Assembly: GCA_016935435.1 (NCBI GenBank)
Contig: JAFGQZ010000014.1
Span: 41,532 to 105,531, forward strand
DNA: 64,000 nucleotides
Reading direction: 5' to 3'
Source: Bacteroidales bacterium
GTDB taxonomy: Bacteria > Bacteroidota > Bacteroidia > Bacteroidales > UBA10428
Program-made: the position numbers and the translations under genes
In this document: piece after piece, positions 1 to 9,226 of the stretch
How the letters are laid out: each line of letters starts with the position of its first letter
How positions within the stretch are numbered: the first letter of the stretch is position 1
Notes under the pieces: model-generated
What the model was told of the DNA's origin: nothing
The model's input: the letters and a program-made list of their open reading frames with translations, nothing else
The model's database searches: none

Positions 1-1185
1 ACTAACTATTTCAATTTCGGGGCGATTGACCCTGCACAGGCAAAGGCATTCCGGGACAGCCTTGTAAAAGAATATAATTGCGAGGTATTGACAGGCTATA
101 CCCTTACTGTTTTTAATGAAATTGCTACAAAAATACCCCTTGTTTTTATTTCGGGAAATGGCCAGGAACAAAAAATTGCTTCGGATAGCCTTGGGCGGTT
201 TTTTATTTTGTTCGATAACGAAATACCTTCTTCGGTTCACCTGAAAACCAGCGATAATAAATTTCAACCTTACGATTCTGTATTAGTTGTTGCAAAGAAT
301 CCATTACAACCTTTAACCCTTATGTTACAGCCCCGGTACAGCATTTTGCTGAAAGGCCGTGTAAATATCGGCACCCTGCCTGCCGAAGGTGTAGATGTTG
401 AAATTGTTCACAAGAGCGATACTTTTAAAATGAAGACATTGTCGTGTTATTTCGACGACGAAGAGTATTGGAATTGTCTTTACCTGGGGATGTATAAACA
501 AGATATTTATTTCGATAGCCCCACCGATACAGTTTCTGTAAGCCTCTCAAAAAAGGGCTTTCACAATCATAATTTTGCTTTGCGTGTTGGCGAATACGAT
601 GGCGCTATAGTTTATTCCAAGCTGAAATACAATACTTATTTACCAGAATTGTTTAAGTCGGATATTTCATTGAACATGACCCTTCCGGCCTTTTCGGCAT
701 GGATGCTTGAACTAAACTATTACCGAGGCATAAAAATTAAAAATAACAGCCGCTTTTCTGCAGGCGTAAGCGGTTCGATAGTTTTAACCACTGTAAATAC
801 CACCCAGGCAACATTTCGCGATATGGGCAGCACAAACGATACTACCTATATTTATGCAGGATCCGATTCGACTTATTTAACCGGCTATTTTGGGCCAACA
901 GTGAGATACTGGCTAAATAATCCGGCGCGAAGGAGCTTTGGTGTTTACGCCGGTTTAAGCATGCCCTATTGTTTTCAGGCAGAAAAAATATACCTGTACC
1001 CATTTTTAGGAAGCCGGTTTTTTCTGGATCAGAACAAAGCATTATTGGTTGAACTAAAATATTTGAATTACGAACTGAATGTTGCACGGCCGGTTTTTAA
1101 CCCTTATGGCAATGCAAGCTATTATTACAAGGATACTTATTTTGAGAAATTATTGGTCAATATCGGGCTTCAAATCGGATTTTAA
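1..1185 (+). CDS. hypothetical outer-membrane beta-barrel-like protein, 5' end cut by the window edge
   Basis: Frame 1 is open from nt 1 with no stop before the TTG at 88 used by the ORF track, so the gene probably starts upstream of the window. The C-terminal half has alternating hydrophobic strands and ends ...GLQIGF; a terminal Phe is typical of OM barrels. No family recognised. Confidence 0.55.
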   Translation, partial: TNYFNFGAIDPAQAKAFRDSLVKEYNCEVLTGYTLTVFNEIATKIPLVFISGNGQEQKIASDSLGRFFILFDNEIPSSVHLKTSDNKFQPYDSVLVVAKNPLQPLTLMLQPRYSILLKGRVNIGTLPAEGVDVEIVHKSDTFKMKTLSCYFDDEEYWNCLYLGMYKQDIYFDSPTDTVSVSLSKKGFHNHNFALRVGEYDGAIVYSKLKYNTYLPELFKSDISLNMTLPAFSAWMLELNYYRGIKIKNNSRFSAGVSGSIVLTTVNTTQATFRDMGSTNDTTYIYAGSDSTYLTGYFGPTVRYWLNNPARRSFGVYAGLSMPYCFQAEKIYLYPFLGSRFFLDQNKALLVELKYLNYELNVARPVFNPYGNASYYYKDTYFEKLLVNIGLQIGF

Positions 1186-1188
1186 ACT

Positions 1189-1746
1189 ATGCAATACCAA
1201 TACTTAATATACCGGGCTTTATTTTTTTCCATGTTTTTTGCATTAACCGCTTGCAACGAACCGATAGAAAACAGTACCTATAACCCCGAACTTCTTTTTA
1301 CAGCGGGTCATGAAATAATTATTGATAATTACGAATATACCGATCCACTTGATAGTAATATTTATTTTGTCAACAACGATTCTATTACAGACACCTTGGG
1401 CTCCATGCCCGAATTCTGCTGGTTGGACGAAACAGGCAAATTAGTTACAGTGGCGATATCAAAAGAAGAGCTTCTTGTTGAAAATGGAACTATTGTTAAT
1501 GCTGGTGAAATAATATGGCAGTGGCATACCGGCATGGGGTCACAAAGTTTTATTGGTTCAATTGGCAATAAATACCTGAAAGTTTCGTTTTTAGAAGGCC
1601 GCAATGTGGAAAACAAAAATATTTTATACCAGACGCAACCTATTGCACTCGAAAGTGGTCTTTACTTTTGGGCTGTATGGGGATGGGACAGGGGAGGAAA
1701 ACGGGTGATTTTTTCTTCCAGACAGAGGGGTTTTGTTGTCAAATAA
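1189..1746 (+). CDS. hypothetical lipoprotein
   Basis: ATG lies 4 nt after the upstream stop. The N-terminal hydrophobic segment ends in a lipobox-like FALTAC. No family recognised. Confidence 0.55.
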   Translation: MQYQYLIYRALFFSMFFALTACNEPIENSTYNPELLFTAGHEIIIDNYEYTDPLDSNIYFVNNDSITDTLGSMPEFCWLDETGKLVTVAISKEELLVENGTIVNAGEIIWQWHTGMGSQSFIGSIGNKYLKVSFLEGRNVENKNILYQTQPIALESGLYFWAVWGWDRGGKRVIFSSRQRGFVVK

Positions 1747-1811
1747 GTATTGTTCACCTAAAAAAATGGGTTATCCACCGAAAATAATTTAAAAATACCA
1801 AAATAGTAGCT

Positions 1812-1819
1812 TAAATTTG
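1812..1819 (+). promoter_or_regulatory. candidate Bacteroidota -7 promoter box (TAAATTTG)
   Basis: Exact match to TAnnTTTG, 19 nt upstream of the GTG at 1838. Confidence 0.3.
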
Positions 1820-1837
1820 TAAATAAATTTTTTAGCC

Positions 1838-1963
1838 GTGAAGTTAAAGCAAAAACACAACCTGAAAACCGAAAAAAGAAACCGGATTATTATTGAGGAA
1901 GTTAATCCTAACGAGTTAGCTGAAATCTGGAAAAGACTTAGCGACCTGAACAAGGCTTTTTAA
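1838..1963 (+). CDS. candidate small protein (41 aa), unannotated in the ORF track
   Basis: GTG-initiated ORF VKLKQKHNLKTEKRNRIIIEEVNPNELAEIWKRLSDLNKAF, translated codon by codon. A TAnnTTTG box precedes it. A weak hairpin follows (atcgcc 1996-2001 / ggcgat 2016-2021, then ttgtgtttt). No homology recognised. Confidence 0.25.
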   Translation: MKLKQKHNLKTEKRNRIIIEEVNPNELAEIWKRLSDLNKAF

Positions 1964-2266
1964 ATACCGGTAGATCCTTCGCAAAGAAACATTTGATCGC
2001 CTTCCATAATTTGGGGGCGATTTGTGTTTTAGGCATAATTGTTTTCTTCCAATTTCCGGGGCAGATGTTGCTTACAAATGCATATTTAGCTTCAACCTAT
2101 TGAGTTTCTAATATAAACCTAATTTTTCCTGACAGCTTTTTTTCACTAAATGCTGATATTACAAGCTTTTAAGTTAGGCATAGTATTCGTCAAAAAATAA
2201 ACTGCTTTGGTCTAAAAAATTTAATTTCATTTTAACTTATAGCGTATAACCAGGTAAACTTTAAGG

Positions 2267-3982
2267 ATGTTTCCCATGCAAAACGCTAACTATAACGCAG
2301 AAACACCTAAACCAAAACCCATATCTACAAAGCTTAGGCTCTTCTCTAATAGGGCAATTCAATGTTTGCTCCTTGTATTTGCTTTATTTTTGTTCACGGG
2401 GCATGAAAAAACCAGTCCAAAAATCGGCGAATCGCATATCGACTTTTATCTACAGGAAACCCGTATAATGATTGAAAGCCGATTGAAAATAAGCGATTTG
2501 AACAGCTCTTACGGATGTTCACAAATTGATTGTTATCTGAATTCTTTGGTAAATAGTTTTTATAATGAACGTAACTATAAGCCGGCATGGACAAAAAATT
2601 TTACCACCAACGGTAATTATGCCATTCTGTCTGGCTTGCTTGATAGTGCAGGATATTTTGGTTTCCCGCATAATTTTATAAATACCGAAAACCTTGTCAG
2701 GCTTTATTCGATATACCAAAAGAGCTCGCACAGCGATGAAATTGCCCCAAGGGTTGATTTGGAAATTGAAAGTACCCGCGAATTGTTCCGGTTGTTGGTT
2801 TCGTTGCACAAAGGCATTGTATATTCCGATTCTTCTTCTGCATTTGCCAGCTTTATCAAGCACCTGCCGGTTATGGTTAACCATGCACTGGAAAACAACA
2901 AACTTCAAAAAGTAGTATCCGATATACAACCAAGGCTGGTGCCCTATAAAAACCTGATGGCCGCTTTGCCGGGTTTTATTCGCAGTTGTACTGCTATTGA
3001 TACTGCAAAACCTGGCAGCCTGCCAGAATATGTCCTGGCCTCGGCATTGTATTATTCAGGCATAATAGAAAAGCCTTGTTTTGATTCGTTGAATATTATT
3101 GATGCAGCAGTGTTAAAATTTCAGAGAAAATTTTCATTGCCTGCCGATGGAATACTCAATAAACCTACTTTGCAGAAAATGAGCGATATTATGCAGTATC
3201 GTTACTATCAGTTGTGCCTGAATATCGACAGGTTACGAAAGACTAACAGCAACGAAGACAACTATGTTTTTGTTAATATTCCGGAATTTAAATTGTACTT
3301 GATTGAAAACAATGCCGAGGCCGGGATTTTTGATGTAATAGTTGGCAGGGAGGAAACACCTACACCGGTTCTTACAAGCCGCATCGATAAAATTATAACA
3401 AACCCGCACTGGACAGTTCCTCGCAGTATTGTTGACAAAGAAATGTTGGCACACATCCGTAGCGATTCTACCTATTTGTTGCGCCATGGTTATACTATTA
3501 TCGACAACCGGGAGCGTATTGTTGATATGGCAATGATTGACTGGGTAAGTAAAAACCCACTGGAGGGTAAATACTGGATACGCCAACCACAAGGTAAAAA
3601 TAATGCTTTAGGGCTGGTAAAATTTGTTTTTCAAAACGAACATTCGGTTTATTTACACGACACACCTGGCAGATATCTTTTTAAGAAAGAAAAGAGGGCT
3701 TTTTCGCATGGCTGTATCAGGGTGAAGGAACCCCAAAAGCTTGCCCAGTTATTAATTAACAGGTATTATGCGCCGGATAAAGGCGACGTAGATGTGAAAA
3801 CAGCCATAAATAAAGGAGAAAGCCGCGAAATTAAGCTTGCAAAACCCATTGAAATACACCTAAACTATATAACATCTGTTGCAGGCAGCGATGGCAAATT
3901 GTGGTTTATTGACGATTTATATGGTTATGATGAAACAGCAATTAATTTTTTGTTTCGCCATCAGAAGGGTATGCCCAACTAA
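2267..3982 (+). CDS. L,D-transpeptidase family protein (YkuD catalytic domain plus a peptidoglycan-binding-like region; YcbB/LdtD-like architecture)
   Basis: Catalytic motif HSVYLHDTP...RAFSHGCIRV. Upstream segment LKFQRKFSLPADGILNKPTLQKM resembles a PG_binding_1 repeat. N-terminal TM/signal segment present. Confidence 0.8.
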   Translation: MFPMQNANYNAETPKPKPISTKLRLFSNRAIQCLLLVFALFLFTGHEKTSPKIGESHIDFYLQETRIMIESRLKISDLNSSYGCSQIDCYLNSLVNSFYNERNYKPAWTKNFTTNGNYAILSGLLDSAGYFGFPHNFINTENLVRLYSIYQKSSHSDEIAPRVDLEIESTRELFRLLVSLHKGIVYSDSSSAFASFIKHLPVMVNHALENNKLQKVVSDIQPRLVPYKNLMAALPGFIRSCTAIDTAKPGSLPEYVLASALYYSGIIEKPCFDSLNIIDAAVLKFQRKFSLPADGILNKPTLQKMSDIMQYRYYQLCLNIDRLRKTNSNEDNYVFVNIPEFKLYLIENNAEAGIFDVIVGREETPTPVLTSRIDKIITNPHWTVPRSIVDKEMLAHIRSDSTYLLRHGYTIIDNRERIVDMAMIDWVSKNPLEGKYWIRQPQGKNNALGLVKFVFQNEHSVYLHDTPGRYLFKKEKRAFSHGCIRVKEPQKLAQLLINRYYAPDKGDVDVKTAINKGESREIKLAKPIEIHLNYITSVAGSDGKLWFIDDLYGYDETAINFLFRHQKGMPN

Positions 3983-4682
3983 TGTTTGGGTGATAAATAT
4001 ATAAACAGCTCCCGTTTTTTATAAGGTCGATTATTATTTCCGACATATCATAAGGCAACGCAGGACATCCGAAGCTTCTTCCCAACCGACCGTGGCGAGA
4101 AATATACGATTGGCTTGCATATTCGGCGCCATGAATAACAATAGCCCTCTTCATTGCTTTATCGTTAATGCCTTTATCAAGCCCTTTTAAACGTAGCGAA
4201 TATCCATGCCTGCCATTGTAAGTGCCAAGTGTCAGGTACAAGCCCAACGAGCTTTGATACGATTGTGGATTGTTTGAAAAAGCCCCTGCATATACTTCAC
4301 CAGAGTTTTTGCCATGGGCTACCAGCGATTTGTAAACCAGTTTCGTGTTTTTTAAGTCGAAAATAAAAAGCCTTTCTTCGTAGGAGGGTTTGCTAAAGTC
4401 AATGATTGTTATTAACGAATCGTTTTTTAATTGTTTTTCTTTTTCCAATCGCTTGAAGCCTTCGTAAGCAATACGGAAAGCTTCAGGCGACAGCTTGCTT
4501 TCTTCCAGTAAACTAATATCGGGCCCATCTGTGTAATCCCCCGTAAAATCGGCTACCGGCTCTGTATTGCCTGCAGAAAGTGGAATACCGTTTAAAAACA
4601 GATAAAATACAATGGCCGACAACAAGGGGAAAAACAATTGTACCATACTGCTATATAGAACCGGTGTTTTTTTGTTTGCCAT
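3942..4682 (-). CDS. murein L,D-transpeptidase catalytic-domain family protein (YkuD_2 type)
   Basis: Motif AIVIHGAEYAS...HGRLGRSFGCPALP is typical of the YkuD_2 family. N-terminal signal/TM segment. The 3' end overlaps the convergent gene by 41 nt. Confidence 0.7.
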   Translation of the reverse strand: MANKKTPVLYSSMVQLFFPLLSAIVFYLFLNGIPLSAGNTEPVADFTGDYTDGPDISLLEESKLSPEAFRIAYEGFKRLEKEKQLKNDSLITIIDFSKPSYEERLFIFDLKNTKLVYKSLVAHGKNSGEVYAGAFSNNPQSYQSSLGLYLTLGTYNGRHGYSLRLKGLDKGINDKAMKRAIVIHGAEYASQSYISRHGRLGRSFGCPALPYDMSEIIIDLIKNGSCLYIYHPNISWAYPSDGETKN

Positions 4683-4715
4683 GGTAAGGTTTTTTGTGTT
4701 GATGGGAAAAAATGT

Positions 4716-5408
4716 TTAATGAAAAAACGAAATAGAGTCGTTTAAGGAAGTAGGGGCCCAGATACTTAATTTATCAACTGAAATATGCGATGTCTCGGTT
4801 CCCAGCCCGAAATATCCCATTACAAGGTTCGGATCGGTAAAAGTAATTTCTTTTCCGTTCATTTTAAAGGTAACCGATTGTTCAAGTATGTTCCTCTCAA
4901 TTCTTAAATTGACAGTTTTTTTTGTGGCTGGCACAAAGCCGGGCTTTTGGTCGATAGTGTCCACAGCCCCTTTGTACATTTTCAGAAAGACAGCCCCGGA
5001 AGGTTTGAACTGCACTGCATAATAGTTTTGCGGGTTGCGCAACCCGAAAATAAAAAACAGCCCTGGGCAATTATCGCTGCCCGTAGTATTATTGATTAAG
5101 CTTAATTCAGAAATAAAATCGCCGAAAACATGACGGTTGATGATCATAGCCGCAGCAGGCCAAAATACAGGGGCAGTGTCGGGTTTTGCTTTTAATTGCA
5201 GATACCCGTTTTCGATTTTATAATCGGCCGATGGGGTAAAAATTAAGTTTTTGTGCAAGGTTTTCGCGGAGAAGTCCGACTCGAAATGGCTGATATAGCC
5301 AAGTGGAAGGTTCTGGGCCATTATGTCGCTATATGGCAGTATAAAAGCTATTACCAGAAAAAACCGTTTCCATGTGTTGAAGTTCAAGAAAAAATATCGG
5401 CGCCCCAT
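4716..5408 (-). CDS. hypothetical secreted protein (possibly a concanavalin-A-like / DUF1080-like jelly-roll)
   Basis: The ORF track starts at a TTG (5426). The first ATG is at 5408 (MGRRYFFLNF..), followed by a hydrophobic signal ending IMAQN. The fold guess is weak. Confidence 0.45.
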   Translation of the reverse strand: MGRRYFFLNFNTWKRFFLVIAFILPYSDIMAQNLPLGYISHFESDFSAKTLHKNLIFTPSADYKIENGYLQLKAKPDTAPVFWPAAAMIINRHVFGDFISELSLINNTTGSDNCPGLFFIFGLRNPQNYYAVQFKPSGAVFLKMYKGAVDTIDQKPGFVPATKKTVNLRIERNILEQSVTFKMNGKEITFTDPNLVMGYFGLGTETSHISVDKLSIWAPTSLNDSISFFH

Positions 5409-5527
5409 TCTGTAAAGTTTTAACAAAAATAGTTGATTAGCAGGTACTGTAATAAAAAAGTATCAACACAAACAAAAAAGCACCGGTATGCGCTTATTGG
5501 CTTACCGGTGCGGGTTAAGAAATTTTA

Positions 5528-6790
5528 TTAGCGAAAGATTTTTGCCGATTCAAAGTCGAGTGTGGCAAAGAAGTCGTCGAGGGTTTCTGCCCGGCGAATC
5601 TCAATTACGCTGCCATTAGTGCGCAGCAACAATTCTGCAGAACGGAGCTTTCCATTATAGTTAAAGCCCATTGAATGCCCGTGGGCACCGGTATCGTGTA
5701 TTACTACAATATCGCCAGCTTCGATTTTTGGCAGGAGCCTGTTAATGGCGAATTTGTCGTTGTTTTCGCATAGTGAGCCAGTAACATCGTAAATATTGTT
5801 TCCGGCCTCGTTTTCCTTGCCCAAAACAGTAATATGGTGGTAAGCACCATATAGTGCTGGCCGCATAAGGTTGGCCATTGAGGCATCGAGCCCTGCATAT
5901 TTTTTATAAGTTTCTTTAATATGCAATACCCTGGAAACCAGATAACCAAAAGGGCCTGTTATTGCCCTGCCCGATTCGAAGAATATTTTCAAAGGGGCAA
6001 GGCCGCTGGCAACAATGGTTTTTTCATAAAGTTCTTTTATTCCGTTACTTACTTTAATAAGATCGACTGGTTTGTGTTCGTTCCTGTAAGGAATACCTAT
6101 TCCACCACCCAGGTTGGCAAATTCAAATTTAATGCCCAGTTCTTTGGAAATATCCATAATAACATCGAAAACTATATCGGCTGTTTCGACAAAATAATCG
6201 GGGTCGAGCTCGTTCGAGGCTACCATGGTGTGTATCCCAAAACGTTTTACGCCTTTCTCCTTTAGCTTTTTGTACCCTTCAAAAAGCTGTTCGCGTGTAA
6301 AACCATATTTTGAGTCTTCGGGGTTGCCGATTATCATATTTCCATCTTTAAGTGCCCCGGGGTTGTACCTGAAACAAACCAGTTCGGGCAGACCGGCAAC
6401 TTTTTCCAGAAAATCGATATGCGAAATGTCGTCGAGGTTGATAATGGCACCTAATTCAACGGCTTTTTGGAATTCTTCGGCTGGTGTGTCGTTTGAAGTA
6501 AACATTATTTCTTCGCCACGCATACCCAGTTTTTCGGCGAGCACCAGTTCTGCCATCGAACTGCAGTCGATTCCAAAGCCCTGCTGCCATAAAATTTTCA
6601 TCAGGTAAGGGTTTGGTGCCGCTTTAATGGCATAATATTCTTTAAACCCTTTGTTCCACGAGAACGAATCGATAAAATATCTGGCATATTCTACCATCCT
6701 TTTTTCGTCATAAATATGAAACGGTGTAGGGTGTGCTTCAATAATTTTTTCTATTTGCTCTTTCGTAAATGGAATATGTTTCCCTTTCAT
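5528..6790 (-). CDS. lysA: diaminopimelate decarboxylase (PLP-dependent, Orn/DAP/Arg decarboxylase fold)
   Basis: PLP-lysine motif YAIKAAPNP, glycine loop GGGIGIPY, SLCENNDK and HDTGAHGHSMGFNYNG. Adjacent to dapF-like and dapL genes. Confidence 0.8.
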   Translation of the reverse strand: MKGKHIPFTKEQIEKIIEAHPTPFHIYDEKRMVEYARYFIDSFSWNKGFKEYYAIKAAPNPYLMKILWQQGFGIDCSSMAELVLAEKLGMRGEEIMFTSNDTPAEEFQKAVELGAIINLDDISHIDFLEKVAGLPELVCFRYNPGALKDGNMIIGNPEDSKYGFTREQLFEGYKKLKEKGVKRFGIHTMVASNELDPDYFVETADIVFDVIMDISKELGIKFEFANLGGGIGIPYRNEHKPVDLIKVSNGIKELYEKTIVASGLAPLKIFFESGRAITGPFGYLVSRVLHIKETYKKYAGLDASMANLMRPALYGAYHHITVLGKENEAGNNIYDVTGSLCENNDKFAINRLLPKIEAGDIVVIHDTGAHGHSMGFNYNGKLRSAELLLRTNGSVIEIRRAETLDDFFATLDFESAKIFR

Positions 6791-6866
6791 TTTTGCTTTA
6801 TTTATTAATTATTCTGCTGTTATCTGAAAATGATTGAATGCGTTAATGTTAAAATTTGCGAATGGT

Positions 6867-7724
6867 TTATTTAAAGCCTTGTATAGTTTCGTCGCTGATG
6901 GTGCCCGAAGCAATTTCTTTCACTTCGCCGGTCATCTGTATGTTCCAGTCTTTATCGATCTCAATCGACAATTCGCCACCCAACATTTTAACTTTTATGT
7001 TGTTGCCGGTTAAGCCTTTTTTTCTCACAACTGTTGCAACAGCACTCGACGAACTGCCCGAAGCCAGGGTAAACCCTGCTCCACGTTCCCATATCAGAAT
7101 TTCAACTTCACTGTTGGAGACTGGTTTCACAAACTGCACATTGATTTTATTAGGGAACAATGGGTGGGATTCGATTAAAGGGCCATACTTTTTCACTTCA
7201 TCGATATCGAGCATGTCGGTCAATATAATGCAATGCGGGTTCCCGACCGAAACGCAATTAACTGTAAACTCGCGGCCGCCGGCTCGGATTTTTTTATCGA
7301 AAAACAGCTCTCCATCATCATTAACGGGTATTTCGCGCGGATCAAAAATAGCTTTGCCCATATCTACTTTTATTAAAGATGCTTTGTTGTTCTTTGTTTC
7401 GATAATATGAGCTTTTACAATACCGCCTAAAGTGTGAATCGAAAAATCTGTGCTTTTGGCAAAGCCATAATCGTACAAATATTTGGCAAAAATGCGCAGC
7501 CCGTTACCACTCTTTTCAGCTTCAGAAGCATCGGGGTTAAAAATTCGCAACCCAAAATCGGCATTTTTGCCCGGTACTTTAAGCAAAATGCCATCGGAAC
7601 CAATGCCAAAATGAATATTGCACAAGGTTTTTATTGCTTTATCGGTAAGGGCAAAATTAATATTTTCCGAATCCAGGACTATATATTCGTTTCCCAGTCC
7701 GTGAGTTTTAACAAATGAATTCAC
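6867..7724 (-). CDS. dapF: diaminopimelate epimerase-fold protein (DapF-like) with Ser at both canonical catalytic Cys positions
   Basis: GTG start. THGLGNEYIVLD, FNPDASEAEKSGNGLR, VGNPHCII and WERGAGFTLASGSSSSA align by eye with E. coli DapF MHGLGNDFMVVD, FNADGSEVAQCGNGARC, MGNPHCV and YERGAGETQACGSGACA. Confidence 0.7.
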   Translation of the reverse strand: MNSFVKTHGLGNEYIVLDSENINFALTDKAIKTLCNIHFGIGSDGILLKVPGKNADFGLRIFNPDASEAEKSGNGLRIFAKYLYDYGFAKSTDFSIHTLGGIVKAHIIETKNNKASLIKVDMGKAIFDPREIPVNDDGELFFDKKIRAGGREFTVNCVSVGNPHCIILTDMLDIDEVKKYGPLIESHPLFPNKINVQFVKPVSNSEVEILIWERGAGFTLASGSSSSAVATVVRKKGLTGNNIKVKMLGGELSIEIDKDWNIQMTGEVKEIASGTISDETIQGFK

Positions 7725-7749
7725 TATAGTTTCTGTAAAGTTTGAGCAT

Positions 7750-7757
7750 CAAAAATA
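7750..7757 (-). promoter_or_regulatory. candidate -7 box TATTTTTG for the dapF-lysA transcript
   Basis: Plus strand caaaaata is TATTTTTG on the minus strand, 26 nt upstream of the dapF start at 7724. Confidence 0.45.
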
Positions 7758-7896
7758 CCTACTTTTAGGTAGATGCCAAATAGCTACATGTTGGTAATTT
7801 TGGTTTTATTGGGCAAATGCCTTATTTGGAGAGGCGTGAATGATCAATTTGTGAAATAATCAATCATCAAGGCATTGATGCATAAGATCAAACACC

Positions 7897-7904
7897 TATC
7901 TTTG
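7897..7904 (+). promoter_or_regulatory. candidate -7 box TATCTTTG for dapL
   Basis: Exact TAnnTTTG match, 40 nt upstream of the ATG at 7944. Confidence 0.45.
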
Positions 7905-7943
7905 TCGCACTAAAACGATAAACCATAAATTTTTAAATATACA

Positions 7944-9176
7944 ATGGCATTTATTAACGAGAACTATTTTAAACTTAAGGCAGGTTATCTGTTCCCAGAA
8001 ATTGGCAGAAGGGTAAAAGATTTTTCAACAGCGAACCCCGGAAAAAAAATTATCCGTATGGGCATTGGCGATGTTACCCAACCGCTTGTACCATCGGTAA
8101 TAAAAGCATTCCACGAAGGTGTTGAAGAAATGGCCAGTGCCCAATCATTTAAAGGCTATGGCCCCGAACAGGGTTATGCTTTTTTGCGCGAGGCCATTGC
8201 CGAAAACGATTATAAAAGCCGCGGGGTTGATATTTCTGCCGACGATATTTTTGTTTCTGACGGTTCGAAATGCGATACCGGAAACATACAGGAGATTTTT
8301 GGCTTTAACAACAGAATTGCCATTGGCGACCCGGTTTACCCTGTATATGCCGATACCACCGTTATGTCGGGGAAAACAGGCTTATGTGCCGAAAACGGTT
8401 ACTTCGAAGGAATAATATATATGCCGTGTACCGCGCAGAACAATTTCGTACCGGAATTGCCCAAAGAAAAAGCCGATTTGATTTTTCTTTGTTTCCCCAA
8501 CAACCCAACCGGTGCAGTTGCAACAAAAGAGCAGCTGAAAAAATGGGTCGATTACGCTATTGCCAACAAAAGCATTATATTGTACGATGCCGCTTACGAG
8601 GCATATATTACCGACGATTCCATCCCTCACTCGATATATGAAATAGAAGGTGCAAAAAAAGTGGCTATTGAGTTCAGGAGTTTCTCAAAAACAGCCGGCT
8701 TTACCGGCACCCGTTGCGCATTTACGGTTGTTCCTTCGGAACTACTTGCTTACGATGGCGAAGGCAAAGCACATGCTGTAAAACCTTTATGGATGCGCCG
8801 ACAGACCACAAAATTCAATGGCGTTTCGTACCCGGTACAAAAAGCGGCCGCGGCCATTTATACCCCAGAAGGGAAAAAAGAAACCAAAGCTGTAATTGAA
8901 TATTACCTCGAAAATGCTTCAATAATGAAGAAAAAACTTTCTGAAGCTGGGTTTAGTGTTTTTGGCGGGGTGAACGCACCTTATGTATGGGTTCAAACGA
9001 AAAATAATATGAAATCGTGGGATTTCTTCGATAAACTGCTGAAGGAAGCAGGAGTTGTCGGAACCCCAGGTTCGGGATTTGGCCCCTCGGGCGAAGGCTA
9101 CTTCCGCTTTTCGGCATTTGCCGACAGGGCAAACGTAATTGAGGCAATGGACAAAGTCCAGAAATTATTTAAATAA
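7944..9176 (+). CDS. dapL: LL-diaminopimelate aminotransferase
   Basis: N-terminus [24 protein letters not shown] is characteristic of DapL. Class I aminotransferase motifs are present ([19 protein letters not shown] with the PLP lysine). Confidence 0.85.
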   Translation: MAFINENYFKLKAGYLFPEIGRRVKDFSTANPGKKIIRMGIGDVTQPLVPSVIKAFHEGVEEMASAQSFKGYGPEQGYAFLREAIAENDYKSRGVDISADDIFVSDGSKCDTGNIQEIFGFNNRIAIGDPVYPVYADTTVMSGKTGLCAENGYFEGIIYMPCTAQNNFVPELPKEKADLIFLCFPNNPTGAVATKEQLKKWVDYAIANKSIILYDAAYEAYITDDSIPHSIYEIEGAKKVAIEFRSFSKTAGFTGTRCAFTVVPSELLAYDGEGKAHAVKPLWMRRQTTKFNGVSYPVQKAAAAIYTPEGKKETKAVIEYYLENASIMKKKLSEAGFSVFGGVNAPYVWVQTKNNMKSWDFFDKLLKEAGVVGTPGSGFGPSGEGYFRFSAFADRANVIEAMDKVQKLFK

Positions 9177-9178
9177 GC

Positions 9179-9221
9179 AATAACCCTGTCAGGATTTTAA
9201 ATCTGACAGGGTTATTATTTT
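9179..9221 (+). terminator. rho-independent terminator after dapL
   Basis: Perfect 14-bp stem aataaccctgtcag (9179-9192) / ctgacagggttatt (9203-9216) with a 10-nt loop, followed by attttaaaaaa. Confidence 0.7.
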
Positions 9222-9226
9222 AAAAA

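Noticed and set aside
7830-7943. Possible lysine riboswitch upstream of dapL (contains ggagaggcgtgaa, reminiscent of the L-box AGAGGCGC start)
   Set aside because: Only ~100 nt are available after the -7 box region, whereas an L-box needs ~180 nt. I could not find the other conserved helices or the expression-platform terminator.
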